A stretch of DNA of 64,000 bases from the NCBI GenBank assembly GCA_038087875.1, contig CM075990.1, forward strand, positions 4,714,001 to 4,778,000, written 5' to 3'. Shown here one piece after another: positions 11,571 to 23,200 of this stretch; within the stretch, counting starts at the first letter, position 1, and each line of letters opens with the position of its first letter. Under the pieces are notes generated by a model, which worked only from the letters and a program-made list of their open reading frames with translations, made no database searches and had not been told where the DNA came from. Both the position numbers and the translations under genes were made by a program. Origin of the DNA: Malacoraja senta. Its lineage: Eukaryota.

Positions 11571-13451
11571 AACTCAGCAGGTCAGGAAGCATCTCTGGGG
11601 GACATGGATAAGTGACATTTCGGGTCTGAGCCTGGAAGGGTCCCAATCCCAAGCATTGTCTATCCATGTCCAAAAGAGATGCTGTCAGACCTGCTGAGTT
11701 ACTCCAGCACTTTGTATTCAATTAATTTACGTTAACTTGTCCTCATATAAAGCTCTGTTGCAAGCCTTGGACCTACAACTCAACACACAACCATATGCCT
11801 TTGATTGCTAGTCAATGTTGTTCATATTTTGCTCGGAGGATGTATGGTGCCTCTGGCAATCAGGATTCAGTGACAGGGCCTTCTGTGAGCTTTGGAATTG
11901 TTCCCTGCAGGCATATGGGAAACAAGGCTTTTCGCTCCTCGCCTATTCCCACTTTCCCTCCTCCTCCTAAATTCAGTGTTTTTGTTTCATTTTTCTCTGG
12001 TTTCTGTTCATTCTTCTGGTTATGTTCATATCCCCAGAGGAAACCCTTCCTGCTACAGACAAGCCTTGACAAGAAATAAAAATCTAAATACTGTAAATGC
12101 CGGCAATCAAATAAAAACAGAAAATGTTGGAATCACTCAGCATGCCAGGCAGAATCTTAAGAAAGAGAAACAAGAGTTAATATTTCAAGTCAAATGCTCT
12201 GCATCAGATCTTCTGTCAGGATTCTCAACCTAAAATGTTAACTCTGTTTCCTTTCCCACAGATGCTGCCTGACCTGTTGAATGTTTCCAACATTTTCTGT
12301 TTTTATGCTTGTAAATAACTTGTTTCAAAGTTAGCCTTTAAAAATATTTCAAAATATATTCAATAGTATACTATCCAATTACAGAAAACTGCCACCATTA
12401 TGAATTTCACATACCACTTCACAAAAGAATACAATAATGGCCAAAGTTCTGCAAATATTGATTTTGTTTTTAATCTACAGACACTTCAAAGGACAGAAGG
12501 GTCTGACCCAAAATGTAATCTGTCCATTCCCTGCCTGGCCTGCTGAATTACTCCAGAACTTGTTTTGCTCAAGATTCCAGCATCTACATTTCTTTCAAAT
12601 GGCAGAAACCAAAATAAAGCAAGTAGTGTCCCATATTCTGACCCTAAACTCAAGAGGAATTGTTCACAAGATTTACTGGCAACATCTTCAGAACAGCTTG
12701 ATGTTTTTATGTAGGCAGTGAGGCCTCAAATGAAGGGAAATTAATTATTGCTTCCAATTTGCCTTTGATGTTACAGTTGGTGTTTATTGTCGGCAACTCG
12801 GTTTTAGTTGAGGCAGGGATAAACCTGCAAACTGCATTCTTTATGCTAATAATGAACTGCCTAGCAACGCACCAACTTCATCTTAATTGCTTTATTACGT
12901 AGTCAATGGTGAATGCAAATGTATTCAGCAAGCGAGAACAGATGCAAATAACCATATTTTGATGTTCTTATGAAACATTTTGCTATTTTCTATTGGACTT
13001 TTGAAGTATTTATTGGACTTTTTTTTCTTCCAGCCTCTCTGCACCTTTCTTTGTATTTGGTCCTTCAGGTTTCATTTTATTTGTCCTGCTATAATTTTAG
13101 TCATAAAATCAGAGTTTCCAAGTCCCAACTGTGGAGATGTGTGTGTATATTGTACAGAGTACCTTAAAAATGTAATCAAATCAAACACATCTTACAATTA
13201 AAAATAACTGACATTATTGTATATGGCTTCTGAATTTTTTAAAACTTTCATGATAAACGACGAGTAAACAACTATTTGTCAAATAATTTGTTAAAGAAGG
13301 AACTGCAGATGCTGGAAAATCGAAGGTACACAAAAATGCTGGAGAAACTCAGCGGGTGCAGCAGCATCTATGGAGCGAAGGAAATAGGCAACGTTTCGGG
13401 CCGAAACCCTTCTTTAGACAAATATTTTTTGTCAAATAATGTGTCGGGAGA

Positions 13452-13981
13452 TTAGGATTATCAGAACAAACCACAAACCTTACGATAAGCCAGATGCATT
13501 TTCTTGATTACAGTTTAATAACTGCGAAAAAATGAATACTTAAATTTTGGGGGAAAAACAGCAACCCCCACAATTAAAATGTGGACTACTGAAATGACTG
13601 AGACCTTGCATTTGGAAAAAATAAGATTTGTATTAATTGACAAACCAGAATTATTTTCTAAAATATGGTCTCCATTTATTGAATTTAAAAAAAAGTTAAT
13701 TGGTTTAACACAAAATTAAAGTCACAACTTGAGTTTAGGGTTGGATGAACAACTATACTAAATCCCCGGATCTATCTCCACAATCTTTATATTTGTAATC
13801 TCCTTTCTTTCCTGCTTTTTTTTTCTCTCTCTATTAGTTTATAGTTTCTCTTATCTCTTTCTTTCTCTATTTCTTTTCTTTAAAAAAAACTTTAAAAATT
13901 GAAGCTATGTAAGAACTTTGTAACTAGTTTGTCGTTTATTACCATTTGTACACATGCTTTTAATTAAAAAAAAATAATAAT
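13452..13981 (+). mobile_element. 5'-truncated L1 3' fragment with TSD
   Basis: Decayed ORF2 C-terminus, T-rich 3' UTR and A/(AAT)n tail; flanked by aataatgtgtcgRgaga at 13435 and 13982. Confidence 0.7.
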
Positions 13982-14176
13982 AATAATGTGTCGAGAGAAA
14001 CTACAGATGCTAGTTTAAAACAAAGACTGACACAAAAAGCGTAACTTAGGGGGTCAGGCAGCATCTCTGGAGAAAAGGAATAGGTCAAGATTCGGGTCAA
14101 GATCTTCTTCAGATTGAGAGTCAGGGGAAAGGGAAACGAGAGATATTGACGGTACGCAAGACAAATTAATGGAAGA

Positions 14177-15112
14177 AAGAGTTGGGATAATCATTTATTA
14201 CAGGTGCATAAATGCTCGATCAACGTACGACATACGCTTATCCAATTTAAAACATTACATAGATTATATTATTCAAAAACCAAACTAAATAAAATCTTTC
14301 CTAACGTCTCACCAATCTGTGATAAATGTATATGTCAAGAAGCTACCATAGCACATTCTTTTGTTTTTTGTACAAAAATCCAAAAATTCTGGTTTGAAAT
14401 ATTTGATATTTTTTCAAAATTAATCAAAATAAAACTGGTACCAAAACCAGAATGGATTATTTTTGGAATATCGGAAGGTATTCCTGAATTAAACGTGTAT
14501 CAGAAGAATTTACTCAATTATGGGCTAATAATGGGAAAAAAGCTTATACTTAAATTCTGGAAAAATGCGCCCACACCAACAATAAAAATGTGGACATCAA
14601 ATATGTTGGAAACATTACATCTGGAAGAGATGAGATTCCTCCTAGTAGGCAAAGTAGACCAATTTCAAAAGACGTGGTCTTCGTTTTTGGACCTATTACA
14701 AGCATGAGGTGCAATAGTAATTTAGAAAAACAAATAAATAAATAAAAGGTATCTGGACCTGGTAATGGGAGGTAAAACAAAAACAGACTTGGTTGGTAGT
14801 TCCTTCTCTATGAAGTATGTTATAAGAGTTATAATAGAGCGATTGTTCCTTCTTTCTTTCTCTTTCTTTTCTAGGGTCTATTTTCTAACTTTACTTCCTT
14901 CTCTAACTTCTTTTCTAAGGGGCTTTCTTTTCCCAACACTCTTTTGCACTTCACAACCTTTGCGCACTTTCTTCACTTTTCTTACTTCTTTCTTTTTCTT
15001 TCTTAAAGTTTAAAAAAGTGAAGCGGTACAAAAAATGTATTAATATATACGTGTTGTACATTACTGTAATCTACCGTACTTCTATTAAAAAAATTATTAA
15101 AAAAAAAAAAAA
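14177..15112 (+). mobile_element. 5'-truncated L1 LINE with intact ORF2 C-terminus, polyA tail and TSD
   Basis: ORF 14204-14707 (IQFKTLHRLYYSK...CDKC...HSFVFC CCHC knuckle...LILKFWK...W); polyA tail about 15099-15112; TSD aaattaatggaaga at 14163-14176 and 15113-15126. Confidence 0.9.
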
Positions 15113-15779
15113 AAATTAATGGAAGATATGCAGAAAGCAACAATAATCAAGGAAATGTGGAACCTACAATGGTACATTGTTGGCTGTGGGATAGGTGATA
15201 ACGAGCTATACTGACAGTGAAACTCAGCAGGCCAACAGTAAAACTGGTAAGATGACTGGGGTGGTGATGGGAGAGAGAGAGTTACTTGAAGTTAGAGAAA
15301 AATTCATACCGCTGGATTTTAAATAATGTGTAGGAAGGAACTGCAGATGCTAGTTTACATCGTAGACACAAAATGCTGGAATAACTCAACGGAACAGGCC
15401 TCTGGAGAAAAGGAATGGGTGACGTTTCGGGTTGAGACCCTTCTTCAGACTGAGAGTCAGGGGAGAGGGAGACTAGAGATATGGAAGTTGGAAGGGTGTG
15501 AAAATGACAGATCAAAGCAGTCGATGAGCATGGAGAGAAGGCAGGTACAGGATACTGAGTTGGATGATCAGCCATGATCATATTGAATGGCGGTGCAGGC
15601 TCGAAGGGCCGAATGGCCTACTCCTGCACCTAATTTCTATGTTTCTATGAAATGTACGATGGTTGTACAATTGTTGGCTTGGGGGGGGGGGGGGGCAAGG
15701 TGTCAACGAGGCATACAACCAGTAACATTAATCAGGAGGACAGAGAAGCTAGTCGGAGAACTAGGGTTGGGGAGGGAGT

Positions 15780-16452
15780 CCACATCTCTGAGGATATGAC
15801 ATGGACATCACACGCTGCAGCACTCGTGAGTAAGGCAAGGCAGCGCCTTTACCACCTCAGGCAATTGAGGAAATTTAGAGTGTCTCCAAGGATCCTCCAG
15901 TGCTTCTACTCAGCGGCTGTGGAAAGCATCTTGTCCGGAAATATCACTATCTGGTTTGGGAATTGCTCTGCCCAGGACAAGGCTCTGCAGAGAGTAGTGC
16001 GTTCGGCGAACGCACTATGGGAACTTCACTCGCCCCTCTGCAGGAACTATACATCAGGAGGTGCAACTCCAGAGCCAATAAGATCATGGGAAACCCCTTC
16101 CACCCCTGCAACGGACTGTTCCAGCTGCTACGGTCAGGCAAACGTCTCCGTTGCCATGCTGTGTGAACGGAGATGTTGAGGAGTTTCTTCCCAGAGGCCA
16201 TTAGGACTGTAAACTCCTATCACACCAGGGACTAACTTTACTGTACCATTCTACTGGGGTTTTTTTAATTGCTGGGTTTTTTTCCCTTTTTCCTTCCGCC
16301 CACAATATTTAATATGTAAAAGAATATGTGATTCTGTTCCATTCTGTTTATTGTTTGTTTTTTGCACAAAGTCCGCTAGCATTGTCACTTTTCATTTCAC
16401 TGCACATCTCGTATGTATGTATGTGACGAATAAACTTGACTTGACTTGACTT
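15780..16452 (+). mobile_element. Rex1/Babar-clade LINE 3' fragment
   Basis: HISEDMTWTSH...KARQRLYHLRQLRKF...FYSAAVESILSGNITIWFGNC RT C-terminus; AATAAA followed by a (CTTGA)n tail. Confidence 0.8.
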
Positions 16453-16475
16453 GGATGGAGAGAGGGAAAGCAGGG

Positions 16476-16655
16476 TTAAATGAAGTTGGATAAATCAATA
16501 TTCATACCGCGGGGGTGTAAGTGAAATACGAGGTGCTGCTGTTCCTCCAATTTGCGCTGGGCCTCACTCTGACAGCGGAGGAGGCCCAGGACAGAAAAAG
16601 GTCGGTGTGGGAATGGGAGGGGACCGGAGTTAAAGTGTTTAGCAACCGGGAGACC
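16476..16655 (-). mobile_element. Penelope-like element: GIY-YIG endonuclease C-terminal remnant
   Basis: Frameshifted minus-strand reading LPVAKHFNS..SHSHTDL..SVLGLL..QSEAQRKLEEQ..HLVF..PRGMNIDLSNF*, the PVAxHF...LxPxGLN-type end of PLE ORFs. Same end at about 15281-15315 and 44379-44440. Confidence 0.75.
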
Positions 16656-16789
16656 TTAGTATGAAAGTCTACTCCTCCGATGTCCTTCAAACCTTCACCT
16701 TGTAATATGAGTTACTAGGAGTTAAAGTGTTTGGCAACCGGGAGATCAGGTAGGTTTTGGCGGAATGATGCGGTGTTTAGGTGTTTTAA

Positions 16790-17210
16790 ATAAATAATAA
16801 TAATGTGAGCTGATAAACCTCACCGTCATGGCGTCGAGCGGGGTGGCAACGGGCTCATCACGTGACGCGCGCCGGAAAGCGCGAGCGCCGGGCTGCTGCA
16901 AAGTGTCGCGCGGACGCTGGTTGCCATGGTTTGACGGGCCGGTCGGTCGGACGGACGGACATTGCGGCTCTCACCCGCCCCTCACCCAGCTCGACAAAAT
17001 GGACAACTCGGGAACCGGCGGAGGCCTGCGAGCCGGCTTCGGCCTCTTCGGCGGCGGTGGCGGAGTAGGAGGTGGTGCGGGAGCGGCCGGCGGCTCGGTG
17101 TCAGATTATTCGCAGCCCGACCTTTCCCGTGTCCCCTGTGAGTATGACGCTGGCTAGGCCCGAGGCGCCGAGCACCAACTCGGCACCGTCTTCGTCCTCG
17201 CTTAAAGGGG
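16790..17210 (+). promoter_or_regulatory. CpG-island promoter of TIMM23
   Basis: Sharp rise in GC and CpG. TCACGTGAC E-box at 16858-16866, CCGGAA ETS core at about 16872, RFX-like GTTGCCATGG at 16920-16929. Overlaps TIMM23 exon 1. Confidence 0.75.
16999..17137 (+). CDS. TIMM23: TIMM23 exon 1
   Basis: AAAATGG start context; Gly-rich N-terminus; T|gtgagt donor. Confidence 0.9.
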
Positions 17211-20200
17211 CATGTCATTTGTAGATTAGATTAGATTTTATTTGTTGTCATTTGAATCCAGAGGTTCAAACGCAATTTGGTTTCTGCAGTCATACAAACA
17301 GGAAGAAGAACCAAGACACAACACAATTTACAGAAACATCCATCACAGCGAATTCCTCCTCACTGTGATGGAAGGCAAAGTCTTATCTCCCCTGCACTCC
17401 CCATTCTCCTCCCGATGTCAGAGTCAAAGCCCCCGGCGGGCGATGGTAAATAAGTCCCGCGGCCATGTAAACAAATAAATCAGTTATAACTGCCATTAAG
17501 TACTGGGCCTCATGGTCTTCATCCACAAGATTTCAGCATCTGCAGTTCCCCGTGTCTAGATACGCTGATGAACAGGCATGAAACATAATAAAACAATTAA
17601 TTTGACAAATTAATGAAAAAGTCTGAAGAAGGGTCTCGACCCGAAACGTCGCCTATTTCCTTCGCTCCATAGATGCTGCCTCACATATTTACAGCAAATA
17701 AGTCAGTTATAACTGCCTTTTGATCTTGACATTAAAAATACAGCTACTCACATTGGAGATAGACACAAAAAACTGGAGTAACTCAGCGGGACAGGCAGCA
17801 TCTCCGGAGAGAAGGAATGCGTGATGTTTCCGGTCGAGACCCTTCTTCAGAAGAGCAGTCTCAAAGAGAAGAGTCTCGACCCGAAACGTCACCCATTCCT
17901 TCCCTCCAGCGATGCTGCCTGTCCCGCTGAATTACTTCAGCATTTTGTATCTATCTTCGGTGTAAACCAGCATCTGTAGCTCCTTCCTGCACATTTTGGT
18001 TTGAGTAAGATAAAACTGCTTCTTTGCCTTATGTTCTTTATCTTAAAAAATACAGCAACTCACATTGGCTACGAGTAGGTTGTACATGCCCTTCAACAAT
18101 TGATGAATTTTGCTAATTGTGAATTAAGTCAAGTCAAGTGAATTTTATTTTTCACACACACATACAAGATGTGCAGTAAAATGAAAGTGGCAATGCCTGC
18201 GGATTGTGCAAAAACTACAGAACAGAATCAGTATTTACATGTTAGAATGTCATTAACTTTGTTCGTAGTTATATGGCAAAACTGTAGATTTGCCTGATAT
18301 TCATCCCTGAAGCCTGATACAAGGGAAATTACTCAAGTTTTCAAATTGAAGGTAGACAAAAATGCTGGAGAAACTCAGCGGGTGAGGCAGCATCTATGGA
18401 GCGAAGGAAATAGGTGACGTTTCGGGTCGAGACCCTTCTTCAGACTTTTTCATTAATTTTTCAAATTAATTGTTTTATTATGTTTCATGCCTGTTCATCA
18501 GCATATCTAGACATGGGGAACTGCAGATGCTGAAATCTTGTGGATGAAGACAATGAGGCCCAGTACTTAAGGGCAACTGTTCTGAGAAATTGAAGTAGAG
18601 AGGTAGTTGAGATCATTTTTGACAATCCAGCAACAACCGATTTATAATATGTATTTTTCAGAGAGGGATGGTCAGAGGTGGGGGTTTGGGATTGATGGGA
18701 TTGAGAATAAGTTGTAGATGCAGAAGTGATTTGGAACATAGTCTAAAGTAAACACAAAACCGTACACCACAGGAACAACAACATATCCCAATTTTACGAG
18801 TATGTTGCCAGGACTAGAGGGTCTGAGTTATAGGCAGAGGTTGAGTAGGCTGGGGCTCTATTCCTTGGAGCACAGGAGAATTAGAGGTGATCTTATAGAG
18901 GTATATGAGATCATGAGAGGAATAGATTGGGTAGATGCACAGAGTCTCTTGCCCAGCATAGGTGAATCGATGACCAGAGGACATAGGTTTAAGGTGAAGG
19001 GGAAAATATTTAATAGGAATCTGAGGGGTAACTTTTTCTCACAAAGTGTGGTGGATATATGGAATAAGCTGCCAGAGGAGGTAATTGAGGCGGGGATTAT
19101 CCCAACATTTAAGATGCAGTTGGACAGATACATGGATAGGACAGGTTTGGAGGGATATGGATCAAATGCTGGTAGGTGGTAATAATGTAGCTCGGACATT
19201 TGGCTGGTGTAGGCATGTTGGGTAGAAGGGGCTGTTTCCACACTATGACTTTATGGTGCAAATATCTGAATCCCTGTCCCCTGCACCAATTCCTCAGTAA
19301 TGCATTCATCAGTCCTATCCTATTGCTACCCTCATTAGCAAGTGGCAGCAATAGTATTCCAGAGATTGCCACCCTTGAGGTCTTGCATTTTAACCTTTAG
19401 CCTAGCTCCCTATATTCACTGCTTAGGACTTCATCCCATTTCCTATCTATGCCGTTTGTGCTGATGTGCACAATGACTTCTGGCTGCTCCCCCTCCCCCT
19501 TGAGAATGTTCTGCAGCTGCTCAGAGACATCCTGGACCCTGGCAAAAGGGTATAGCTGTTTTGCAGGGGAATGGCCAGAGGTGATTCCTCTCTGCCTATT
19601 CCCTTTCCTGATGGTCACCCATCTATTCTCTGTCTGTACTTGTGTGTGACCACCTCTCTAACCCCAATGTATGAAATTCATCGCTCTCCTGGACGAGCCT
19701 GAGGCCATCCAGCTGCAGCTCCAGTTCCCTAACACGGTCTTTAAGGAGCTGCACCTGAATGCACCTCCTGCAGATGCAGTCCTCAGGGACACTGGACATC
19801 TTTCTGAGTTCCCACATCCCACAGGCCGAGCACCCCAATAGCTTCCATCTCGCACACACCAGTACCAAGTTGCACTCTGAAACAATCAAAAAATATTTGT
19901 TGCTTTATAGTATTTTGCATGGTTCAATGTGATTATGGAGGAAAAAAGTCTTGGGAGGAAAGAAGTGTTGTAGAAGTTTCTATTTTTGTAAGATAAGCCT
20001 TAAGTGGATAAGTTTAATATGGAGCTGGTGCTTGAGCAATGCAGCTCAGAGCCAAGGACAAGGGTAACGTTATTGTTTTGTCGATGTGCAGCCAGAGGAA
20101 TTTTAAGTTGCATTTTCTAAAGATAATTAAGTTGCAATCGTTCTAAAGATAATTCACGGTGCAAAAGATAACTGTCTATCTTGGTTTTGATTTAATGTTT

Positions 20201-23200
20201 TGTGGGTTGCAGTAAGTATAAGTATTATTTATAGATAAAAGCCATCTCTGAATTCTTTTTAGGAAGTATTTCTTGGTAGGCATAAAGCAGAAATTCTGGG
20301 AATAGTCAGCTTATTTGATAGTTTCCACACAGAGTTTCAGAGTTTCAAATTCATGATCTTTCATTGCATCTTGGGAAAGTTGGAAATGCAACAGGTTTTG
20401 AGCAGCTGCCAAAGATGCTTCCTGTCCTTTGGTGTTTTATATTATATATATTTAATTTTTTGATTTCCACCCTCTGGAGTATTTCACTTTTGGAATGTTG
20501 ATATGCAATTCTGGAAGGTTTTGTTACTGGTCATTTTGTTTTCCAAATCCTAAGGAGTCTTTTGTACTGGTCTGGGGAGACCTGCAGTGTTTTGATTTAA
20601 ACTACCCTGTTGTGCTGCACAGTCCACTAGTTCAGAGGCTTCTCTCCTGCCTCTCTGGCTTATAATTGTTGTCAATGTTGATTTTTGCATGGTGCCACAA
20701 TTAGTTGCTTTGTGGATTAGCATTTGGATGCTACTGCTAACATCCAGGTAAGATGGACAGTAAATGCTAAATTAAACCATTTGGAGATAAAAGGCCAAAT
20801 GCCAACTTAAAAATACAAGGCCTTGGGGGCAGATGGTATCACTAATGAAGTTTTAAAACTCAACAGTGAAGGACTTTAGTCTTTAGACTTTAGAGAAAGT
20901 GCGTGGAAACAGGCCCTTCGGCCCACTGTCGCAATCGCCCCATGGAATAGCATTATCCTACACACTAGCGACGATTTACAGAAGCCAATTAAGCTACAAA
21001 CCTGTATGTCTTTGGAATGTGGTGGAAACCGGAGCATCAAATTTGAGTGGGAACTCTAATTTCACTGTACCTTAATTGGTACATGTAATAATAAACTGAC
21101 CTTGAGACCTTGAAATCTGGAGAAAACCCATGCAGTCACAAGGAGAATGTACAAACTCCATACAGACTGCAGCATCATCCACCATACATGACTGTTTTTG
21201 CCTGTTTACCAGGTTTAAACAACCCTAACATTGTATTGAACTTTTTGCCAATTTTACATTTTGTTTTGCAGGCAACCAATTGAGCATTAGTGCCAAGTAC
21301 ATTTATGATTTTGTGCAGCAAAATGGGTGTCATTAAATTCCACTCCGCAATGAGCACAAAAGCGGGTCCCTGTCTAGTACGTCGAGATGATCTGGAAACC
21401 ACTCTTGAAAAGTGAACTTTCTCAAAGGAAATGTGTGAAAGCTATGGATTCTTTAAGTGAAATGTCATTCAACAATTTCTAGGTGTGAGTGTGAAAGAAA
21501 GAAATACATGCGTTGGTGCAGAGAGGGAGGGTCAGGTTGTGCTTGAGAGGAAAAAGATAATGAATAATGTTGCTGGGACTAACTGTTGCTGTTTTGCTAC
21601 TTTCAGTGACTGGAATGAGCCCTCTGTCTCCATACCTGAACCTTGACCCTAGATATTTGATTCATGTGAGTAGAAAATGTTTTTTTGTGATATATTTTAA
21701 GCTCTGTCATGAATGGAGCGTGTTATATGTTTTATGAGTGAGACAGATAGAATAGCGTATGCTTTCATACAGGATACAGCTCAGATTAGTTTGCAGCATG
21801 GTTGTGCAATTCTCAATTCTGTATTTCATTAATTAGCTTTTATTCGGTTTTTGAAATGTGGGCAGTGCTGGGAAGACCAGCCGTTATAGTCTGTACCAGT
21901 TGGTCTTGAGAATGTGGTGCTAAGCCGCCACCTTGAAACAGTGTAATCCTTCTGGCAAAGTTGCTGTTGGGTAGGGTGGGGGTGTGGAGTTCCAACTAAA
22001 GGGAGGTGGGTATAGCTAGCTGCAGCCTCATAAGTTCATAAGTGATAGGAGCAGAATTAGGCTGTTTGGCCCATCATGTCTACTCTGCCATTCAATCATG
22101 GCTGATTTATCATTCCCTCTGAAACCCATTCTCCTGCCTTCTCCCCATAACTCCTGACACCTGTACTAATCAAGAATCTATCTATCTCTGCCTTTAAAAT
22201 ATCCATTGATTTGACCTTGTTCTCATAATCCTCTGGACCCTCTCCAGCGCCAGCACATCCTTCCTCGGAATATGGTGGCCAAAATTGCTCACAATACTCG
22301 CAGCTCCAGCGACCCGGGTACAATCCTGATCCCATTTCCATTGGAAATGAACTGCTTATCCAATGTCTCTCCTGCTAGCCACAGAGGAATGGTCTGTGTT
22401 TCATCTAAGTTGGCAATGGGAAAGTATTGGGAGGTGGAAAATACAATACAGACTTTACTTTGATGCTAATGCAAAGCGAGTGCTGTCAAATCCAGCAGTG
22501 GGAATGCCGCTGCCAAGTTTGTGAGGTTTTGTACAACTCCTTAAAACTGGGTTCAACATTTTGATGGACCCAACCTCAATTTTAATCTCCTGTGGGTTGG
22601 GTGCCAGATCGAAGCTGGCCTCAAGTGTGTTATGTCAAAAAAGCTTTCTAGTGCAATACATACCTAATTGGGTGGGCGCCATATCTTTTAAGAGAAGTTG
22701 GCTAATTCTGTTGGGTTGAGTATAAACTAGCTTAGCCGGGGATGGGAACCTGGTGACCATTGTGGAAGAGAGAGAGACAAAATTGGTTATGGAAGGTAGG
22801 GTTTAATAAATGAGTCTAGTCAGAGGTATGAGTTGGAAAGCAGAGGAAGAAAGACTGGAAGTGTTTAATTGTGTGTTTAATGCAATGCAAGAGTCATGTG
22901 AAGAGAGGCAATGAACTGAAGGCATGGAAATACTGTGGGAATATGATCTAGCCACTTCTGAAACTTGGATTAAAAATCAGTGTGGATTATAAAGTCTGAG
23001 GCAAGATGGTTTAAGGAAAAGGGGGGTCGGCAATATTGTTGAAGGAAAGTTACAGCTGTGAGATGAATGATCTGTTCCAAATCCACAAAATAAACCACAT
23101 GAGATAAGGAGAAATCATTGGGATCACCAAACAGGAAGATGAAGATGAACAATACCTATTTTTTTTCATTGTTCTGAGAAATGTAACAACAATTAGGCAG

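Larger units (their letters stand above)
17491..18575. repeat. Inverted duplication in TIMM23 intron 1 (about 194-bp arms: 17491-17684 and 18382-18575)
   Basis: Arms are reverse complements, including non-repeat sequence. Confidence 0.9.

Noticed and set aside
16828..16998. Upstream in-frame ATG giving a longer TIMM23 exon 1 ORF (MASSGVATG...)
   Set aside because: It lies in the promoter motif cluster and has no Tim23 similarity; ATG 16999 matches the vertebrate start.
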